Source: a virus
DNA: 64,000 nucleotides
Direction: 5' to 3' (one strand)
IMG/VR virus record: IMGVR_UViG_3300020185_000013
Span: 1 to 64,000 of that record
Shown: positions 57,912 through 64,000 of the stretch, one piece after another
How positions within the stretch are numbered: the stretch's first letter is position 1
Layout: every line of letters begins with the position of its first letter
Notes under the pieces: model-generated
Databases searched by the model: none
The model's input: only the letters and a program-made list of their open reading frames with translations
Told to the model about the DNA's origin: nothing
Position numbers and translations under genes: made by a program

Positions 57912-60011
57912 ATGGCACAATCATCAACATACTACAGAATTGACGAAGATGTATTGTTAGAGTTCGTATATCACGATCAGTCTAACCCTACAACATATGA
58001 CATCGAGGTCGATGACAATGGTAGTGAGATAAAAATTCTCAATACGGTTGATGGAGATCCATTCGCGAAAAGACACTTAATTCATGAGCTTGGAGGAGAC
58101 GTTGTTAATTTTGACGTTACCTATTCTGCAGGATATCTTGTTATCGAAGGATTTGCAGCTCGTAAATTACTTCTACAATCAGGTAAAACTTACAAATTCA
58201 ACCTTGGAGACGGTACTGGAAATTATATTCCAGTTGCTAGTAACTTTAAGATTAAAGGAACTGTAGGTACTGGAGGATATTCAACGGTAAATGGAAACAC
58301 AATTTTGACATTTACTCCAGTAACTAATGGACTTGCTGAGTATTATTATGATGACTTGGCTTCTCCGTTAATTGGTGGAGTTATTAGTGTTTCTGAAAAG
58401 GCAAATCCATTATTTGCAAATCCAGATGAGAATACTGGAAATGATATTAATCAAATTATTGGTAGATACCATACAGTTCAAGCACCTGGTGATTCTACGA
58501 AATGGGCTCTACTAGGATATGATTCTACTGGAGCATACCAGCAATTTAACTATATTAATAATAACACTGATTGGTTAGGAGAAGATGAGACCGATTTATT
58601 AGCTTCTCAGGCAAATGCTACAGCATCAATCAATTTTATTAGATACGATAAAATTAGGCTACACTTAAGAAGTGGTTACAATTTTGCAAGTAGAGGATAT
58701 GAAGGTTTCTTATTCCAAGTATTAGCAGATAGAACTAGTGGAGTACAAAATAACCTAACTCAATTAGTTTACTTAAACCAGTCTAATTACGAGATTTCAA
58801 ATCCAAAACCATTTATTCTTGGAGAGACACTATTCTCTAAATTTATTGAAATTAAGTTTCCAACTGTTTTAGCAAATCAGAACCCACAGTTTAATGATGT
58901 ATTCTACGGTGATGGCAATGCTAATAGTTCAGATTTAGACCCAACTTCAAACTATGGAGTTGTATTTAGTCTAATTGACAGATTATCGACTGAGGATGGA
59001 TACGATTATATCTATACTGCTGAGGAAAACGCGTTCACTATTTCAAGAGAGGACGAGTACCAAGATTTTACAGCTGTTATTGAAGAGGCAAATGACGGAG
59101 ATTACTTTAAGATTTATGGAGAAAGAGATGGTAGTGCAAGTGCATTCGAAGCTTACGTATTAAACAGGATTAATACCTCATCAGATGACATTATTGTTAT
59201 CTATGGTGTAGAATTATACGAACAAATCGGGATGGGTCAAGTTAAAACGTTCGATACAACGTTTACTCAAACTGAAGATTTTGCAAACCCTATCATTTTC
59301 CGACCAGTTGTAATGAATGCAAGTACTGCGGTTAACTTCTCAATCGACGTTACGATGAGAATCTATAACGAGACTGACAATACACAAATCGTTAAGAAGG
59401 CAAGTTTAACCTATAATTCAGCAGCTAAATACGGTAAAAAACTACAGACGATAAATATATCTGGTAGAAACACAGTAACTGAGGTATTTAATACTCTTCC
59501 AAATCTTTCACAGAACAGAAGTATTAGAGAGGCAATTGTGGCTTCAATACCAAGATCGATTAAGAACGTTAAAACATTTATTGAGAGATATAATGTAGTT
59601 GCAGCAGTTAACCCTGCAGAAGTTTCAATCACTGAACTTGGACAACTTAATAGTATCAGAGATTTGAATAGCCCAGAATATCTTGCTTCAAATCAACTAG
59701 AAATTGGAGTCTATCCGATGGACAACTACTATAAGTTTAAGATTGTAAGAAAGAATGGCGACGATTTTGAAGCAATGGACTTCACATCAGTTGAGAATAT
59801 GACTCTTAATTTTATTGATGGACAGGTTCGTAAGAAATTCAACCACATCTGTAATAGAGACGTTGATATGAGTAAAGGAGAGGTTCTATTTAAAATAGAT
59901 AGTGGAAACGCTACCGAAATTAGAGCAATGCAAACTAACTCATTCTATATTGGATTAAATAATGGTAGTGAAGAAACTATTGTTATCAAAGGAAGCTTTA
60001 CAGTTGAATAA
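57912..60011 (+). CDS. Putative structural protein (699 aa)
   Basis: Long ORF in late module. Confidence 0.6.
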   Translation: MAQSSTYYRIDEDVLLEFVYHDQSNPTTYDIEVDDNGSEIKILNTVDGDPFAKRHLIHELGGDVVNFDVTYSAGYLVIEGFAARKLLLQSGKTYKFNLGDGTGNYIPVASNFKIKGTVGTGGYSTVNGNTILTFTPVTNGLAEYYYDDLASPLIGGVISVSEKANPLFANPDENTGNDINQIIGRYHTVQAPGDSTKWALLGYDSTGAYQQFNYINNNTDWLGEDETDLLASQANATASINFIRYDKIRLHLRSGYNFASRGYEGFLFQVLADRTSGVQNNLTQLVYLNQSNYEISNPKPFILGETLFSKFIEIKFPTVLANQNPQFNDVFYGDGNANSSDLDPTSNYGVVFSLIDRLSTEDGYDYIYTAEENAFTISREDEYQDFTAVIEEANDGDYFKIYGERDGSASAFEAYVLNRINTSSDDIIVIYGVELYEQIGMGQVKTFDTTFTQTEDFANPIIFRPVVMNASTAVNFSIDVTMRIYNETDNTQIVKKASLTYNSAAKYGKKLQTINISGRNTVTEVFNTLPNLSQNRSIREAIVASIPRSIKNVKTFIERYNVVAAVNPAEVSITELGQLNSIRDLNSPEYLASNQLEIGVYPMDNYYKFKIVRKNGDDFEAMDFTSVENMTLNFIDGQVRKKFNHICNRDVDMSKGEVLFKIDSGNATEIRAMQTNSFYIGLNNGSEETIVIKGSFTVE

Positions 60012-60562
60012 TGATTCTAAATAGTAGAAATAATACATACGATTTTAGGTTCCCTAGAAACTTTATCCCAGATGAAGTAGCAGATAAGTACAGAAAGTAC
60101 CTTGCTAAGATTCCAGGTAATATAATGGCGGAGCCAATCGACTTTGTAAATTATTCAGTACAGGGTCTTAATGTTCCTGGAATTAGCTTTGATCCAGTAA
60201 CTCAAAATGACTGGGACGGTACAACAAGATATCATCGAGGTTCTCAACCAATCCAGAATACAGTAGAGAGACAATTTACAGTAACAATGCAGTTACTTGA
60301 CGGCTTCATTAACTACTGGATTATGCAAGATACCCTTTTATATTATTATTCAAGAGGAACTAAGGATCCGTTTACCCAAGACCTAACACTACGAGTACTT
60401 GATGCTGAAGGTGCAAGTGTTGCATTCTTTAAATTTGAGAATCCAATTATGAACTCAATTAATGAGTTGACCTTGAATATGAGTGATAACGTGGCCGACT
60501 TCAGTACATTCGAAGTTACATTCTACTACAATAAGATAGACTTACAAATCGAAATTGACTAA
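60011..60562 (+). CDS. Tail tube/tail completion-like protein (gp19/gp3 fold)
   Basis: VQGLNVPGIS, FTVTMQL, LTLRVLD, FSTFEVTFYY. Confidence 0.6.
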   Translation: MILNSRNNTYDFRFPRNFIPDEVADKYRKYLAKIPGNIMAEPIDFVNYSVQGLNVPGISFDPVTQNDWDGTTRYHRGSQPIQNTVERQFTVTMQLLDGFINYWIMQDTLLYYYSRGTKDPFTQDLTLRVLDAEGASVAFFKFENPIMNSINELTLNMSDNVADFSTFEVTFYYNKIDLQIEID

Positions 60563-60572
60563 TATATACAAT

Positions 60573-60950
60573 ATGAAAGATATTAAGACATTTAAAGAAT
60601 ACCTACAGGAACAACAAATTACTGAAGAGGATCTAAGAATCTTAACCGAAGGTTTAGAATCTGAGTGGACTTCAGAGCTTGAAGCGAAGGTTGATGAGGC
60701 AATTGAACAATTCGTTGCCGAATACTCTAATGAAAATGGAGAACTTGACATTAATAAATTTAATGAAGAGTTAACTAATGAAGGTTTATTAGGATCTATT
60801 TTTGGTGGTTTAACTGGATTTGCTTTAGGTAAATCAGTTGGTAAACTAATTGCTAAAGTGTTAGGTATTCAGAAGGGAGTATTTTACGATCTATTAACTT
60901 CAAGACTTGTAGGTGCTGCATTAGGTGCTGCTCTTGGTAAAAACATGTAA
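60573..60950 (+). CDS. Capsid-targeted-like protein with acidic N-half and Gly-rich hydrophobic C-half
   Basis: ATG 60573 MKDIKTFKEYLQE after AATATATA 60561; GLLGSIFGG...GAALGAALG. Confidence 0.72.
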   Translation: MKDIKTFKEYLQEQQITEEDLRILTEGLESEWTSELEAKVDEAIEQFVAEYSNENGELDINKFNEELTNEGLLGSIFGGLTGFALGKSVGKLIAKVLGIQKGVFYDLLTSRLVGAALGAALGKNM

Positions 60951-61604
60951 ATGAATTACCTAGCAATCGACTTTTCCCTAAATTCTCCAGGGATTTGTCT
61001 ATATAATGATAAGAGTAAAAAGTACCACTTCATCGCTTATATGAAACCTGGTACTGGGTCAAAGAAGGAGCAAAAGCTCCAAGAGGAGATGTCTCTTTTA
61101 AAAGACGTTACTCTCGTTAGTCAGCCTGATTTTACAAAAGAAGAAGAGTTCTCAAGTGTTGAGCTTGCAAAGGTCAAAAGATATGACCGAATGGCAGATG
61201 ATATTATCAATTTAGTTTTACAGGATTGTTTCGAAGGAGAAGGTTTTACAATTGCTTTTGAGGGTACCAGTTATGGCTCAAAGATGGGGACTAATAATGT
61301 AATTGATATGGCTGCTGGCGCCGCTATCCTAAAACTAAAGCTTCTTAAAACCTTAAGACCAGAAGACTTAATGACTGTCGCTCCGACCTCAATTAAGAAA
61401 TTTGCTGGAAAGGGAAATATGAATAAGTTACAATTGTTTGAGGCTTTTTTGGAGAATCGAATTGGGGACGAAAACCTAGAGAAGAGCCCCTTATATGCTT
61501 GGATTAAAGAACAAGAGTTTGGGAAAAAGATACCAAAGCCGCTTGATGATTTAGTGGACGCGTTCTTCCTAGCAGCTATGATATCAACCCCTGAAACCAA
61601 GTAA
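60951..61604 (+). CDS. RuvC-like Holliday junction resolvase
   Basis: LAIDFSLNSPG, IAFEG, VAPTSIKKFAGKGN..K, DDLVDAF. Confidence 0.8.
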   Translation: MNYLAIDFSLNSPGICLYNDKSKKYHFIAYMKPGTGSKKEQKLQEEMSLLKDVTLVSQPDFTKEEEFSSVELAKVKRYDRMADDIINLVLQDCFEGEGFTIAFEGTSYGSKMGTNNVIDMAAGAAILKLKLLKTLRPEDLMTVAPTSIKKFAGKGNMNKLQLFEAFLENRIGDENLEKSPLYAWIKEQEFGKKIPKPLDDLVDAFFLAAMISTPETK

Positions 61605-61680
61605 CCTTATCTCTCTTTCAAAGACCTGAAAGTTATATGCACCTTTGAGAAAAAAGTTTCAAATTGTGCTAACTTTTTGC

Positions 61681-61860
61681 GTGAAACTTCCCATTTCTTA
61701 GATATATAATATATGATGATGTTACAAGCCAACATTCGTCCGATACAATAATCTTTAAATTAGGTCCTCAATTAGAAGGAAACGTTCAAGCGCGACAGCT
61801 TTAAAAAAGATTTAGTATCAACCTATGGCGGTGAAACATTGTTATTTAGAGGTATATAAA
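61681..61860 (+). promoter_or_regulatory. Tandem class II promoters upstream of the SSB gene
   Basis: GTGAAAC-N16-ATATAAT at 61681 and GTGAAAC-N16-ATATAAA at 61831. Confidence 0.68.
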
Positions 61861-61900
61861 GTACACAATTAAACATTTTTAAAGGTAATTTTTAAGTATT

Positions 61901-62809
61901 ATGGCAGATTTTGACATTTTCAATTTGGGTGTAGAAGACGTAGAAACGCATCAACCCCAAGCAACAACATCAGCAAATGAAGTTTACAAACCAACAGCTG
62001 ATGACGGTAAAGACGGAACTTACAAAGCGTTAGTTCGCTTCGTTCCAAATCCTGAGAATCCACGTAATTCTCTGATTCAAAAGTACGTACATTGGCTAAC
62101 AGATGCTAATGGCAACGGTAAATTGGTAGACTCTCCATCAACAGTTGGTGAGAAATGCCCAATCGCAGATGTATTCTGGAAACTTCGTAACAGCGACAGT
62201 GCAGTAGATCGTAAAGCTTCTGACAAACTAAAAAGACGTCAGCAGTACTACTCACTAATCAAAATTATTAAGGATCCACAGAATCCAGCACTAGAAGGAA
62301 CTTACAAAGTATTCAAGTTCGGTTACAAGATCAAAGAAAAGATCGATGCTGAATTGAAGCCAGACTTCGGTGAACCAACACAAGTATTTGACCTATTTGA
62401 AGGTAAAAACTTTGAGTTGATTATCACACGACAAGGCGAATACAACAACTACGATAAGTCTAAGTTCTCATCTTCCCGATCAGCAGTTAACGTTAATGGT
62501 GAACCAGCTGAAAGAACAAAAGAATCAATGGCTGCAATCAAAGCAGAACTTGATGAAGCACCTTCACTCGCAACTTACGACTACAAAGCATGGGATGGTG
62601 AAACTCGTGATTTTGTAAATGGAGTACTAAAAATGTATTTGAATCCTGGAGATGCAATCTCTGAGATCTCAACTTCATCAACTCCAAAGAAGTCGGCACC
62701 AAAGAAAGAAAAAGTTGCTGAAGCTGTTGCTGCTCCAACAAGCAGTTCAACTACAGAAGTTTCAAGTGATGATGATTTAGATTCTTTCTTGAATGACCTC
62801 GACATCTAA
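61901..62809 (+). CDS. Single-stranded DNA-binding protein, T4 gp32-like
   Basis: ALVRFVP, KCPI, KIIKDPQNP..EG..KVFKFG.KI, FDLFEGKNF, NYDKSKF, acidic tail DDDLDSFLNDL. Confidence 0.9.
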   Translation: MADFDIFNLGVEDVETHQPQATTSANEVYKPTADDGKDGTYKALVRFVPNPENPRNSLIQKYVHWLTDANGNGKLVDSPSTVGEKCPIADVFWKLRNSDSAVDRKASDKLKRRQQYYSLIKIIKDPQNPALEGTYKVFKFGYKIKEKIDAELKPDFGEPTQVFDLFEGKNFELIITRQGEYNNYDKSKFSSSRSAVNVNGEPAERTKESMAAIKAELDEAPSLATYDYKAWDGETRDFVNGVLKMYLNPGDAISEISTSSTPKKSAPKKEKVAEAVAAPTSSSTTEVSSDDDLDSFLNDLDI

Positions 62810-63869
62810 TCCACAGATAACTCAAGAGCTTAAACTAAAGATTATGAAAGCGCTGAAAGACGTTTGTCTGACAGCACATTCAAGTCCCAACAAGCAAATG
62901 CTAAAGGACATGCCTGGTAGAATTACTATGGCATGTCCTTATTGTGGGGATTCGCATAGTGATGATACCAAGAAACGCGGTAACATGTATTGGGACACGC
63001 TTCAATATCACTGTTATAACTGTGGAACACATACTGATGTAAAGACTCTCTTAAAGGACCACGAGGTAAGACTCCCAAGTTCAGAGGATTCATTTACCAT
63101 TATTGACTATATCAAACACAACAGGTCTGTAACTTCACAGGCAGATACACTAACACACTCAGTATTTCAAAGTGTAAGTGACTTAGCAATAACAGTTGAT
63201 GAGTTTAAAAAAGGATTTGGTGCAAGAGAAATAGAACCTGGAGATTGGATTTGGCTCTACTTAAAAAATAGATTGCTTCATAAAAAGAGCGAAGAGTTTT
63301 TATTTAGTGCAAAGGACAATCGTTTATGGATTCTTAATTTTACTGGAGACGGTAAGATTATGTCAGCACAAAGTAGAAGAATGAAGGGTAAAGGTAGTCG
63401 TTACTTAACGTATGATTTACCTAAACTATATGAAGAGCTTGGTAAAGAACTTGAGCTCTCACAAGAAGATTTGGAAAAGGTAACAAAGTTATCGACACTG
63501 TTTGGTATTATGCAAGTAAACTTCCAGCGTCCAGTAACAATGTTTGAAGGTCCAATTGATGCTAAATTCATGACTAATAGTATTGCACTTGCAACCGCAG
63601 GTCGTAACACTGAAGAGTTCGATGAAATGGCAACGGTCCGGTATCTATTTGATAATGACGATACTGGTAAAAAGAAAATGATTGAGAAACTAAAAAAGGG
63701 AAGATCTGTATTTATGTGGTCTAAATTCTTAAAAGAAAATAAATTAGATACATATGATATAAAGGATCTAAACGACTTAGTTATCAAGTGTTTTGAGTTA
63801 AAGAATCCAGCAATTAAAAAGTTGGATGACTACTTCACCTCTAGCTCGTTAGATCTATGGTATATATAG
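62793..63869 (+). CDS. DNA primase, T4 gp61-like
   Basis: Zn ribbon CPYCGD...CYNCG; TOPRIM FEGPIDAKF and FDND; KDLND. Confidence 0.9.
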   Translation: MTSTSNPQITQELKLKIMKALKDVCLTAHSSPNKQMLKDMPGRITMACPYCGDSHSDDTKKRGNMYWDTLQYHCYNCGTHTDVKTLLKDHEVRLPSSEDSFTIIDYIKHNRSVTSQADTLTHSVFQSVSDLAITVDEFKKGFGAREIEPGDWIWLYLKNRLLHKKSEEFLFSAKDNRLWILNFTGDGKIMSAQSRRMKGKGSRYLTYDLPKLYEELGKELELSQEDLEKVTKLSTLFGIMQVNFQRPVTMFEGPIDAKFMTNSIALATAGRNTEEFDEMATVRYLFDNDDTGKKKMIEKLKKGRSVFMWSKFLKENKLDTYDIKDLNDLVIKCFELKNPAIKKLDDYFTSSSLDLWYI

Positions 63870-64000
63870 AAGATATTACAGATATGGTTGAAAAGGATCT
63901 AGATGATTTTTATAGTGATCGTGACCGATTTAAAGGTATGCGAATGCTGGTAGATTTCAACGCATCAGAATACGAACATGATGTACCGAAGCTTGATCTT
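63857..64000 (+). CDS. Hypothetical protein, 3' truncated by window end
   Basis: Open frame MVYIEDITDMVEKDLDDF... to end of window. Confidence 0.5.
   Translation, partial: MVYIEDITDMVEKDLDDFYSDRDRFKGMRMLVDFNASEYEHDVPKLDL

Noticed and set aside
2797-63787. All other minus-strand and nested short ORFs in the track
   Set aside because: They lie within well-supported + strand genes and show no recognisable motifs
1-64000. Stop-codon reassignment as seen in some large Bacteroidota phages
   Set aside because: Code 11 gives dense full-length genes up to 2296 aa, and TAA, TGA and TAG all end genes at expected positions

Overview
A 64 kb AT-rich segment of a large T4-like (myovirus-type, probably jumbo) bacteriophage. 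Essentially all credible genes are on the + strand and use the standard code. Host is probably Bacteroidota (inference from a Bacteroidia-type bS21, a TAnnTTTG-like promoter element and the general absence of Shine-Dalgarno sites). Layout: (1) 1-4455, end of a collagen fibre gene followed by a 2OG-Fe(II) oxygenase, a GT-B glycosyltransferase and a COLGALT-like GT25/PLOD-like lysyl hydroxylase fusion, a candidate animal-like collagen modification pathway and the top finding; (2) 4.4-26.5 kb, accessory, host-takeover and DNA metabolism genes (ATP-grasp, exonuclease, Hsp20, DnaJ, bS21, PhoH, RNase HII, nucleotidase, DenV, UvsE, dCMP deaminase, DinG-like helicase) including an array of promoter+small ORF cassettes; (3) 26.5-61 kb, baseplate/tail/neck module (gp53-, gp5-, gp13-, gp25-, gp6-like and very large structural proteins) with an embedded bS1-like gene and an amidoligase; (4) 61-64 kb, RuvC-like resolvase, gp32-like SSB and primase. 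Three promoter-like motif classes and a family of T4-like N-terminal capsid-targeting sequences are readable directly. No tRNA, CRISPR array, integrase or intron was seen. All family assignments are from motif recognition by eye, not database searches.
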